DNA of 54,545 bases from Eubacteriales bacterium. GTDB lineage: Bacteria; Bacillota; Clostridia; Oscillospirales; CAG-272. The number at the start of each line of letters is the position of its first letter. The first letter of the stretch is position 1. The position numbers and the translations under genes are program-made. The notes beneath the pieces are model-generated. The model was not told where the DNA came from. It did not search any database and saw only the letters and a list, made by a program, of their open reading frames with translations. The stretch covers positions 1-54,545 of the forward strand of contig JAZQTA010000088.1 of assembly GCA_045630385.1 (NCBI GenBank), given 5' to 3'. This document shows positions 18,839-27,199 of this stretch, in pieces.

Positions 18839-19852
18839 TTAGTTGTTTTCAGCGTACATCTTGTCGCAGAGTGCCTGGATGTGAACGGCTCTCTTTGCGT
18901 ACTTGTAGTTGGGCTTGCCCGCAAGCACGTGCTTGGAGAAATCGGCAAGCTGCTTTGCGTAGATGTTCTTGCCGCTTGCGCGGAACTTCTTGGGCTTAAT
19001 GATGGCGTGCTCCTGCATTGCATCGTAGTCGCCCTGGGGAGCGTAAAGGTAAGCCATCGTTCCAACGTCGTCCTGTGCAAGGGTGTTGTTGCAGATCATA
19101 TAGCCCTTCGTGCCGTAGATCTCGAGCTTTGCAACCGAAACGTCGTCGGGAATGTTGAAGTTAACGTCGATGTGACCGAGCGTGCCGCTCTTGGTCTTGA
19201 AGATGATCACGGCGCTGTCCTCAACCTCGTAATTAAAGGTCTGGGTGTTGACGAAGGACTTGATCTCCACGATATCCTCGTCAAGAATGTACTCCGCAAG
19301 CTCCATGCAGTGAACGCCGAGGTCCATCAGCGCACCGCCGCCGCCGAGAGCCTTAACCTGGCGCCAAGCACCGGGGATCTCGGGATACCAGCAGGAGAAC
19401 TGCAGGCGCACGTTGGTAACCTGACCAACCTTGTCCTTCTTAATGAAGCTGCGAGCCTTCTGGTGGAGGCTGTGGTACTTCATCATGTAGCCGACGCTGA
19501 GCTGCTTGCCGGCCTTCTTGAAGGCGTCAAGGATCTCGGCACTTTCAGCCTCGGTTCTTGCGATGGGCTTCTCGATCAGAACGTTTCTGTCATACTTCAG
19601 AGCGAGCAAAGCCTGCTCACGGTGGCAGAATACGGGCGTTGCGATATAAACGGCATCGCAAGCAACCTCCTTCAGCATCTGCTCCGCATCGGTGTAATAG
19701 GGAACACCGTACTTTTCGCCTACTGCCTTTGCGGCATCCGCAACCTTATCCATAACCGCGCAGAGCTGGTTATTTTCGTCGGCTACGAGAGCGGGGATGG
19801 TTCTTCTGTCGGCAATACCTGCCGCACCGATAACGCACCATTTCATTTTCAT
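18839..19852 (-). CDS. Gfo/Idh/MocA family oxidoreductase
   Basis: VIGAAGIA, YIATP, LIEKP, GGGALMDLGVH. Confidence 0.9.
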   Translation of the reverse strand: MKMKWCVIGAAGIADRRTIPALVADENNQLCAVMDKVADAAKAVGEKYGVPYYTDAEQMLKEVACDAVYIATPVFCHREQALLALKYDRNVLIEKPIARTEAESAEILDAFKKAGKQLSVGYMMKYHSLHQKARSFIKKDKVGQVTNVRLQFSCWYPEIPGAWRQVKALGGGGALMDLGVHCMELAEYILDEDIVEIKSFVNTQTFNYEVEDSAVIIFKTKSGTLGHIDVNFNIPDDVSVAKLEIYGTKGYMICNNTLAQDDVGTMAYLYAPQGDYDAMQEHAIIKPKKFRASGKNIYAKQLADFSKHVLAGKPNYKYAKRAVHIQALCDKMYAENN

Positions 19853-19893
19853 GGTAAAAACCTCACTTTATAATAAATAAAAATCAAACGAAA

Positions 19894-20601
19894 TCAGGGG
19901 AGAAGTCTCTCGGTCGTACCCTTCAGATACGCCTTGCAAACGATGAAGCCCTCTGCATAGTCCGCGCCGCACTGATAGCCGCGGTAGCGGGAGCAGGTTC
20001 TCACCATGTCTGCAAAATCGATGTGATCGTGCTCTCTCATCCACTCAAGCTGGCTCTTGTGGCATTCGAGCATCTCAATCTTCTTATCGATGAATTCGGA
20101 AACGTCTACGTAGAGCTCGGGCTGGAAGTTCACGCCGGCAAGCGTATCCATATAATAAATGGGAGTCAGCTTGGATGCGGGAAGATCCTTTTCGGTCTTG
20201 TAGCCGGGAACGGAAGCGGCAAAGCTTGCGTCGTAAACGAGCTTGGAAACCGCCGTGTGGTCGGGCATATAGTCGTCGGGATTGTGGGTGATGATCAGGT
20301 CGGGCTGTGCGTAGCGGATCACGTCCACGAGCTTATCTCTTGCCGATTTGTCATCCGCATAGATCTTCACGTCGTGGCAGCCGCCCCAAAGCACCTCGAT
20401 GCCTGCAAGTGCGCCTGCGGCTTTAGCCTCACCCTTGCGCATTTCGCCGAGCTCCTCGGGCGGGATGATCACGTGGCCGAGGTCACCGTTGGAAACGTGA
20501 CAAACGAACACCTTGTCGCCGCGAGCGGCACATTTTGCAAGCGTGCCGGAGCAGGCGATCTCGATGTCATCGGGATGCGCGCCGATAGCCAAAATTCTCA
20601 T
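19894..20601 (-). CDS. PIG-L/LmbE family N-deacetylase
   Basis: GAHPDDIE zinc motif, IITH..DYMPDH, CHKSQ. Confidence 0.9.
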   Translation of the reverse strand: MRILAIGAHPDDIEIACSGTLAKCAARGDKVFVCHVSNGDLGHVIIPPEELGEMRKGEAKAAGALAGIEVLWGGCHDVKIYADDKSARDKLVDVIRYAQPDLIITHNPDDYMPDHTAVSKLVYDASFAASVPGYKTEKDLPASKLTPIYYMDTLAGVNFQPELYVDVSEFIDKKIEMLECHKSQLEWMREHDHIDFADMVRTCSRYRGYQCGADYAEGFIVCKAYLKGTTERLLP

Positions 20602-20663
20602 ATCTTGGAATCCTCCGTAAAAAAGTTTTTTGCGAAATATTTTTATATTATTATTCCGATTTT

Positions 20664-20692
20664 ATTATAACATCCGCGCGAATAAAAAACAA
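20664..20692 (-). promoter_or_regulatory. Promoter of the deacetylase operon (weak -35, possibly activator-dependent)
   Basis: Minus strand TTGTTT-N17-TATAAT with extended TG. Confidence 0.5.
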
Positions 20693-20728
20693 TGCCCAAT
20701 CGTACACGAAAAGAGTAAAAAAGTATAC

Positions 20729-20757
20729 TTGACTTTTTGCCTCTCCTATGTTATACT
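20729..20757 (+). promoter_or_regulatory. Sigma-A promoter of araC (probably leaderless)
   Basis: TTGACT-N17-TATACT with extended TG, ending 8 nt before ATG 20766. Confidence 0.7.
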
Positions 20758-20765
20758 CTCCTTGT

Positions 20766-21686
20766 ATGAAAAAATATTTTTATCACAAGATCGAAAATTT
20801 GCTTTTGGTGAATAAGATCGTCACGCTGCACCGTTTTTCCTTTGACAAGGATTTTGCGTCCCCCGGTGAATCGCATAATTTCTGGGAGATCGTTTTTGCC
20901 GCAAGGGAGAGCCTCGTTTGCACGGCGGACGGAAGGGAAATCATTCTGGAGGAGGGAGAGGTCCTCTTTCATAAGCCCAACGAGCATCATATTCTGCGTG
21001 CCAACGGCCGCAGCGCGCCGCAAGTGCCCGTCGTTTCGTTCGAATGCAAATCCGAGGCGATGCGCTTTTTTGAGGAAAAGAAGCTTCGCCCGGACGAGCG
21101 GTGTCTGCGCCTTCTTTATTCCGTATTTGAGGAGGGAGAAAAAACCTTCGATATTGCCGTGAGCGATCCGGATAGAGATCGCATGGAGCTTTTGGCGGCG
21201 CCCACGCTTGGGGGCGAGCAGCTGATCAAAAACTATCTGGAGCTGTTTTTGATCACCCTGATGCGCTCGCTGACCGAAACCGAGCAGGGAAATCCCGTCT
21301 TCGTTGAAAAAAGCGAGCTGCAAAGCCGCCTCGTTCCCAACATTCTCCGCATGATGGAGGAAAGCCTCGGCGGCACTCTGCGCGTAGAGGATATCGCGAG
21401 GCAGACCAATTACAGCCGCGCTTACGTCTTTCGGGAATTCAAGCGTGCCACGGGGAAGAGCCTGATGGCGTATTATAATGAAAGAAGGATTCTGCGCGCC
21501 GCCGAGCTTGTGCGCGAGGGCGCGCTTTCCGTGCGCGAGATCGCGGAAGCACTCGGATATGATACGCCGAATTATTTTTCGAAAAGCTTTAAGCGCATCA
21601 TGGGCGTAACTCCCTCGGTGTATAAAAAGCGCGCGATTCGCACCGGCGCGAAGAAAATGGCGAAGAAAATGGAAAACGGCTATTGA
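20766..21686 (+). CDS. AraC family transcriptional regulator
   Basis: GESHNFWEIV cupin domain; IAEALGYDTPNYFSKSFKRIMGVTPS HTH. Confidence 0.9.
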   Translation: MKKYFYHKIENLLLVNKIVTLHRFSFDKDFASPGESHNFWEIVFAARESLVCTADGREIILEEGEVLFHKPNEHHILRANGRSAPQVPVVSFECKSEAMRFFEEKKLRPDERCLRLLYSVFEEGEKTFDIAVSDPDRDRMELLAAPTLGGEQLIKNYLELFLITLMRSLTETEQGNPVFVEKSELQSRLVPNILRMMEESLGGTLRVEDIARQTNYSRAYVFREFKRATGKSLMAYYNERRILRAAELVREGALSVREIAEALGYDTPNYFSKSFKRIMGVTPSVYKKRAIRTGAKKMAKKMENGY

Positions 21687-21711
21687 CAAGCCGCGAAAAT
21701 TTGTGTATAAT
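21683..21711 (+). promoter_or_regulatory. Consensus sigma-A promoter overlapping the araC stop codon
   Basis: TTGACA-N17-TATAAT. Confidence 0.8.
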
Positions 21712-21745
21712 TAGGGTTGAAGAATTATATGCAGAGGTAAGCTCT

Positions 21746-22366
21746 ATGAAAGAAATCCGTCTTCTCGGTAAAAAAATCGACGTTGAAAATTCTCCCGTTC
21801 TGCTCTCCTATCAGCCGGACGAAGGCTGGGAGAAGGTGTTCCGCCGTCTGCGCGGAAAATGGTCGGTGGAAAACGGATGGCTGATCGGCGAGGAAACCGG
21901 CAATTTCGGAGGCATTCTTCTCACGCACGAATTCTATGAAAAGAACGTTATGATCAGCTTCACGATGGCGTCCGTCCTTCCTGCGACGCGCGATTTGAAT
22001 GCGCTTTTTTGCGCAAGAGTGGACGAGGAAAACTCTTATCTCGGAGATTCCTACGTTTGCGGTCTGAACGGATGGTACGAGCATAAGAGCGGCATCGAGC
22101 GCAATCCTCAGCCCGGTCTGAATGCGACCACGGCGCTCTATCATTACGAGCCCGGCAAGGAGATCCACATGATCGCCGGCGCGATCAACGGGCATTGCTT
22201 CATGGTGGTGGACGGTGAGCTTGTCAGCGAGCTGTTCGATCCGAATCCCTTGATCGGCGGTGCGGTTGGATTTTCTCCGTATTGCACGAAGCTTCGTATC
22301 AAGGATATCGAAGTGCGCGAGATCAAATGGGAAGATTTTCCCCAGGTTTACGAGCCTGAATTCTAA
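21746..22366 (+). CDS. Hypothetical beta-sandwich protein (possibly DUF1080 / concanavalin-like)
   Basis: GKWSVENGWLIG...GGILLT and C-terminal VDGELVSE..D..P..GGAVGF...RIKDIEVRE. GAGG RBS. Confidence 0.55.
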   Translation: MKEIRLLGKKIDVENSPVLLSYQPDEGWEKVFRRLRGKWSVENGWLIGEETGNFGGILLTHEFYEKNVMISFTMASVLPATRDLNALFCARVDEENSYLGDSYVCGLNGWYEHKSGIERNPQPGLNATTALYHYEPGKEIHMIAGAINGHCFMVVDGELVSELFDPNPLIGGAVGFSPYCTKLRIKDIEVREIKWEDFPQVYEPEF

Positions 22367-22432
22367 TTTTTGTTTACATTTTAAGCGTTTGCTATGTAAA
22401 AATATAAATTTTCTATAAGGAGATTTTTCAAA

Positions 22433-23746
22433 ATGGGAAAGAGCACTGATTTCCGGTATAACACCGGCGCGACCAAGGTACCGTGGGCTGCAGTAGGCGA
22501 GAACTACAACGCTGAGGACCTTATGGCTGTTATTCGCTTCCTCATGCAGGGCGAAGGCAAGGAGTATGACGAGGCCATCGAGGCTGTTTGGAAGCAGGTT
22601 CAGAAGCTGGACGCTGTAGCAACCCCTCCCGGCAAGCTTTCTCTTGCTAAGCACGTTGAAGAGGCAGAGGCCGCATCCAACGAGTATCTGAAGACCGATA
22701 GCTCCACCTTCGTAACCAACGCAACCGCAGGCTTCGAGATCGCATATAAGTATGCAAATCTTAAGGCAGGTGACGAGGTTATCGTTCCCGCCATCACCTT
22801 CGTTGCAACGATGGCATATCCCCTTTCTATCGGCTGCAAGCTCGTATTTGCAGACGTAGATCCCTATACGCTGAACATGGATCCCAAGGACGTAGCGAAG
22901 AAGATCACTCCCAAGACCAAGATGATCGTTCCCGTTCACCTTGCAGGCTATCCCGTAGATATGGATCCCATCATGGAGCTTGCTAAGAAGCACGACATCG
23001 TTGTTCTTGAGGACGCTGCTCATGCATTCGGCGCAATGTACAAGGGCAAGATGATCGGTACGATCGGTGATTTCGCTTCCTTCTCCTTCCATGAGGTTAA
23101 GAACATCACCTCCTTCGGTGAGGGCGGTATCGTAACCACCACGATCCCCGGCTATGATGCAGAGCTGAAGCGTGCTCGCTTCCTTGGCCTTGATTTCTCC
23201 TGCCCCATCAAGGATTGGCTCTACAACATCACTCCCATTCAGGGCAAGTACGGTCCCTTCGTAGCTTCCAACAACTCCTCCACCACCGAGATCCAGGGCC
23301 TTGGTCTTGCTCGTCAGATCGCAAGAAACGAGAAGATCATCGCTGAGCGCCGCGCTGCTGCTGAGTACCTCAACAAGAGACTCGCTGTATGCGATGCGAT
23401 CATCCCCTGCAAGCTGGATGACGAGAACGTGAAGCCCACCTATCATATGTACCTCCTTCAGATCGATCCCGCAAAGGCAGGCGGCACGATCCAGACTCTG
23501 AAGAAGAAGCTCGAGGAAAAGGGCGTAACCAGCATTCCTCACTTCGGCCCTCTCTATCGCTTCAACGTTGTTCACACCATCCTGGGCATCGATCCCGATG
23601 AGGTTGCAAAGACCTGCCCCGTTTGCGAAGAAGTATTCTACAAGCGCTTCACGCACCTTCCTCTCTACGGTCTTGATGAAGAGCAGCTGATCTACATGGC
23701 AGATGCAATTCTTGAGGCGGTTGCAGAGATGCAGGCCGGCAAGTAA
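22433..23746 (+). CDS. DegT/DnrJ/EryC1/StrS family PLP-dependent sugar aminotransferase
   Basis: GDEVIVPAITFVAT, VHLAG, EDAAHA, FSFHEVKNIT (PLP lysine), GEGG. AAGGAG RBS. Confidence 0.92.
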   Translation: MGKSTDFRYNTGATKVPWAAVGENYNAEDLMAVIRFLMQGEGKEYDEAIEAVWKQVQKLDAVATPPGKLSLAKHVEEAEAASNEYLKTDSSTFVTNATAGFEIAYKYANLKAGDEVIVPAITFVATMAYPLSIGCKLVFADVDPYTLNMDPKDVAKKITPKTKMIVPVHLAGYPVDMDPIMELAKKHDIVVLEDAAHAFGAMYKGKMIGTIGDFASFSFHEVKNITSFGEGGIVTTTIPGYDAELKRARFLGLDFSCPIKDWLYNITPIQGKYGPFVASNNSSTTEIQGLGLARQIARNEKIIAERRAAAEYLNKRLAVCDAIIPCKLDDENVKPTYHMYLLQIDPAKAGGTIQTLKKKLEEKGVTSIPHFGPLYRFNVVHTILGIDPDEVAKTCPVCEEVFYKRFTHLPLYGLDEEQLIYMADAILEAVAEMQAGK

Positions 23747-23750
23747 TTCT

Positions 23751-23861
23751 TGGCTTAGATATTTTGGTATAAATGATTGTGCGCACCCTCTTGACGTAGG
23801 TAACTACGCCCGGCGGGGTGCGCACTTCCATTTCTCCACAAAATCTCGTCGCCAAAATATC
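23751..23861. repeat. Palindromic intergenic element, copy 5
   Basis: GTGCGCACCC...GACGTAG-GTAA-CTACGCC...GGGTGCGCAC. Outer perfect 10-bp inverted repeat GATATTTTGG / CCAAAATATC. Confidence 0.75.
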
Positions 23862-23879
23862 CACATTTGATTCGGTGAT

Positions 23880-23906
23880 AAAACGGTGCATCGGCATCGT
23901 TTTTTT
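23880..23906 (+). terminator. Intrinsic terminator after degT
   Basis: AAAACGGTGC-ATCG-GCATCGTTTTTTT. Confidence 0.65.
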
Positions 23907-24165
23907 GCTTCTTCTCTCGCTTGTTTGTTAATGCAAATTGTCGCCAAACAATTCAAAATGTAAATATATATATTCAAAACTACACTTATTTTTCGTCTTT
24001 CGCAGGAAAATCTATTAAAAACTCCTTCGCTTTTTCTTTTGTGGCTAAACACTTTTTATCCAAAAACACCCCAAAACACTTTATCTCGATAAAACGGCTG
24101 AAAAGGTCGTTTTTTTGTTTTCTTCCGATGCTCCAAAAAATATTGTAAAAAAATTGAAAAAGGTG

Positions 24166-24194
24166 TTTACAAATACTGATTAATGTAGTAAAAT
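24166..24194 (+). promoter_or_regulatory. Sigma-A promoter of the pyrH operon
   Basis: TTTACA-N17-TAAAAT with an A-rich upstream element. Confidence 0.55.
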
Positions 24195-24226
24195 ATAAGA
24201 GAAAAATATTTATAGGGAGATTTTCT

Positions 24227-24925
24227 ATGAAACGCGTATTGATTAAACTCTCCGGAGAGGCGCTTGCGCAGGATAGCGGCGAGCTTTACAGCCATCCCTT
24301 TGTAGACGGTGTTGCCGAGGCGCTCGGCGCTTGTGTAAAGAGCGGCGTGGAGGTTGCCGTCGTTGTTGGCGCGGGCAATATCTGGCGCGGCCGTTCGGGA
24401 GGCAATATGGATCGCACCACGGCAGACCGTATGGGTATGCTTGCCACGGTGATTAACTCGCTTTGCTTAAAGGATGCGCTGATCCGTGCAGGCTTCACCG
24501 CCACGGTGATGACGGCGATTCCCATGACGCCGTTTGCCGAAACCTACGATGCCGAGCTTGCGAAGCGCTATCTTGCCGTGGGCAAGATCGTGATCTTCGG
24601 TGCGGGCCTCGGAATGCCCTTCGTTTCCACGGATACGGCGGGTGCCGTTCGTGCGGCGGAGATTGGCGCGGATGCCATGCTGATGGCGAAAAATATTGAC
24701 TATATCTATACGGCAGATCCTCGCAAGGATCCCACCGCGCAGAAGCTGCCCGAGGTTTCCTGCTCCTATATTCTGGAGAAGGGGCTTGCGGCGATCGACG
24801 CAACGGCCGCGGCATTTTGCCGCTCGGTTGGCTTGCCCGTCCGCATTTTCGGCATGAACGAGCCGATGGATATTTTCTCTGCCGTGAAGGGTGAAAAGCC
24901 CGGCACGATCGTAACCCCCGATTGA
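24227..24925 (+). CDS. pyrH: UMP kinase
   Basis: KRVLIKLSGEAL, GAGNIWRG, DRMGMLAT, STDT; synteny with frr. Confidence 0.95.
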   Translation: MKRVLIKLSGEALAQDSGELYSHPFVDGVAEALGACVKSGVEVAVVVGAGNIWRGRSGGNMDRTTADRMGMLATVINSLCLKDALIRAGFTATVMTAIPMTPFAETYDAELAKRYLAVGKIVIFGAGLGMPFVSTDTAGAVRAAEIGADAMLMAKNIDYIYTADPRKDPTAQKLPEVSCSYILEKGLAAIDATAAAFCRSVGLPVRIFGMNEPMDIFSAVKGEKPGTIVTPD

Positions 24926-24959
24926 TTAAATTTTTACTACATACAAGGAGAATGAAAAA

Positions 24960-25514
24960 ATGAAATTTGACACTAAGCCCTATGAAGAGAAAATGAAGAA
25001 GAGCATTGCCTCCTATTCCGAAAATCTTTCCACGATTCGTGCAGGCAGAGCCAATCCCGACGTGCTGAAGAAGATCAACGTAGACTATTACGGCTCGCCC
25101 ACGGCGATCTCCGCGATCGCCGAGATCAAGGTGACCGATGCGAGAACCATCACCATCACCGCATGGGATAAGAGCGCGATGAAGGGAATCGAAAAGGCGA
25201 TCCTTACCTCGGATATCGGCATCAATCCGCAGAATGACGGCGGCTGCATCCGTCTGACCTTCCCTCCCACGACCGAGGAGCGCCGCAAGGAGCTTTCCAA
25301 GCAGGTAGCGAAGATGGGCGAGGATGCCAAGGTTGCGCTTCGCAATATCCGCAGAGATGCCAACGATAAGATCAAGGCGATGAAGAAGAATAGCGAGCTG
25401 ACCGAGGACGAGGCAAAGACCGGTGATAAGAGCGTGCAGGATCTGACGGACAAGTTCGTGAAGGAAGTGGACGCTGTGACCGCCGCTAAAACCAAAGAGG
25501 TTATGGAGATCTGA
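24960..25514 (+). CDS. frr: Ribosome recycling factor
   Basis: IRAGRANP, VDYYG, PPTTEERRKEL, RNIRR. Confidence 0.97.
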   Translation: MKFDTKPYEEKMKKSIASYSENLSTIRAGRANPDVLKKINVDYYGSPTAISAIAEIKVTDARTITITAWDKSAMKGIEKAILTSDIGINPQNDGGCIRLTFPPTTEERRKELSKQVAKMGEDAKVALRNIRRDANDKIKAMKKNSELTEDEAKTGDKSVQDLTDKFVKEVDAVTAAKTKEVMEI

Positions 25515-25550
25515 TAGCCTCTCATCTTCTTTATGAAAAGGAGCATTTTT

Positions 25551-26288
25551 ATGCTTTTTAAATCCAGAAAACCCGTGCTCCCCGAGGATACCGCAGGGCG
25601 CATTGATTCCGTGGGCATCATTATGGACGGAAACGGCCGTTGGGCAAAGCGCCGCGGCCTGCCCCGTCTTGCCGGACACGCGGCGGGTGCCGCTCGCGTG
25701 GAGGAGGTGCTGACCGCTCTGCGCGAAATGGGGATCCACCACGTAACGCTTTATGCGTTTTCCACCGAGAATTGGAAGCGCCCGAAGGAAGAGGTGGATG
25801 GGATCATGGATCTTGTCTACAAATATCTTCGCGAGGTCGTCAGAGAAAAAATCGTGAGCGACGGGCATTTTGCCGTTCGCTTTGCGGGTGATATTTCCAT
25901 TCTGCCCGAGAAGCTGCGCGATGAGTGCAGTGAGATCGAGGCGATGGGGGAGAATAAGGAATTTATCTGCTACGTGGCGCTCAATTACGGCGGAAGGGAT
26001 GAGATCGTTCGCTCTGTAAAGCGTGCGCTTGCGCAGGGGGAAGAGATCAGCGAGGCGGCGATCTCGCGCAATCTCTATACGGCGGCCTCCCCCGATCCCG
26101 ATCTGATCATTCGCACGGGCGGAGATATGCGTATTTCCAATTTCCTGCTATGGCAGAGCGCGTACGCCGAGTTTTATTTCACCAAAACGCTCTGGCCGGA
26201 TTTCGATCGCGGCGAGGTGACGCGTGCCATTGAGAGCTTTCTCGGAAGAAAGCGCCGCTTTGGCGGGCTGAATAAGGAAGATAAATAA
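25551..26288 (+). CDS. uppS: Undecaprenyl/polyprenyl diphosphate synthase
   Basis: IMDGNGRWA, YAFSTENWKRP, NYGGR, IRTGGDMRISNFLLWQ. AAGGAG RBS. Confidence 0.96.
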   Translation: MLFKSRKPVLPEDTAGRIDSVGIIMDGNGRWAKRRGLPRLAGHAAGAARVEEVLTALREMGIHHVTLYAFSTENWKRPKEEVDGIMDLVYKYLREVVREKIVSDGHFAVRFAGDISILPEKLRDECSEIEAMGENKEFICYVALNYGGRDEIVRSVKRALAQGEEISEAAISRNLYTAASPDPDLIIRTGGDMRISNFLLWQSAYAEFYFTKTLWPDFDRGEVTRAIESFLGRKRRFGGLNKEDK

Positions 26289-26344
26289 GATTTTCCGTGA
26301 TTTTCACGGTAAGGAAAATTCAAAATGAAAGAAAGAAGTTAACG

Positions 26345-27178
26345 ATGAAGGTTCGAATCATAACGGGTGTCTGCATGGGTGCAGTCATGATTCCCGTTCT
26401 GCTGTTTTCGGAGTATATCATTTATCCGATATTTCTGTCGCTGCTTTGCCTGATGGCCACCTATGAGATGCTCAAGGTGTTTAAAAAGGAGCGCCGTCCG
26501 GAGATCGCCGTGCCATCCTTCCTTTTGGCGGCAGGCTATCCTCTGATTCCGTTTTTTATTAGGAATATCGATTGGCAGCTCGCCTTCGTCATCATGGCGC
26601 TCGGCATCTGTCTTTACATGCTGTATCTCTTTTCTATATGCGTAGCGCACAAGGGAAGAATGCTCCTTGTCGAGGTGTTTTCCACCTTTACGACGGTGAG
26701 CTATATTCTGATCGGATTTTCCGCGCTCAGCATCATTCGCTATCTTCCTTTCGGAGAATATGAATTTTTGCTCGCGTTTTTCACGGCGTGGGGCTGTGAT
26801 ATTTTCGCCTATTTCGTCGGCACCTTTATCGGAAAGCATAAGCTGATCGTAGAGGTCAGCCCGAAGAAAACGGTGGAGGGCGCGATCGGCGGCGTGGTTT
26901 GCACCTTTGCTATTATCATGCTGTACGGATTCTTGATCGAAAGATTTGTGCCGGGCGTGGAGGCGAACTATATCGCGCTTGCGGTCCTCGGACTCGTGCT
27001 TCCCGTTATTTCTCAAATCGGAGATCTGTTTGCGTCTTTGATCAAAAGAGAGGCGGGAATCAAGGATTACAGTAAGCTTTTCCCGGGGCATGGCGGTGTT
27101 ATGGATCGCTTTGACTCGATGATCGCGGTTGCAATCGTAACGCTGATGATCACGATGATCATGCCTCCGTTCCATTAA
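26345..27178 (+). CDS. cdsA: Phosphatidate cytidylyltransferase
   Basis: Multi-TM; SPKKTVEG, GDLFASLIKR...KDYS..FPGHGGVMDRFDS. Confidence 0.95.
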   Translation: MKVRIITGVCMGAVMIPVLLFSEYIIYPIFLSLLCLMATYEMLKVFKKERRPEIAVPSFLLAAGYPLIPFFIRNIDWQLAFVIMALGICLYMLYLFSICVAHKGRMLLVEVFSTFTTVSYILIGFSALSIIRYLPFGEYEFLLAFFTAWGCDIFAYFVGTFIGKHKLIVEVSPKKTVEGAIGGVVCTFAIIMLYGFLIERFVPGVEANYIALAVLGLVLPVISQIGDLFASLIKREAGIKDYSKLFPGHGGVMDRFDSMIAVAIVTLMITMIMPPFH

Positions 27179-27199
27179 AAAAACGAAAGGATTTTCTCT

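Noticed and set aside
17810-19873. Long antisense ORF (687 aa); similar cases at 21725-23656, 26339-28264, 28377-30950, 32355-34544 and 52231-54297
   Set aside because: These are shadows of well-supported genes with strong codon bias. They show no recognisable motifs and no convincing RBS.
22433-23746. DegT as part of an O-antigen, capsule or antibiotic biosynthesis cluster
   Set aside because: No NDP-sugar synthase, dehydratase, glycosyltransferase or exporter is nearby, and the context is catabolic.
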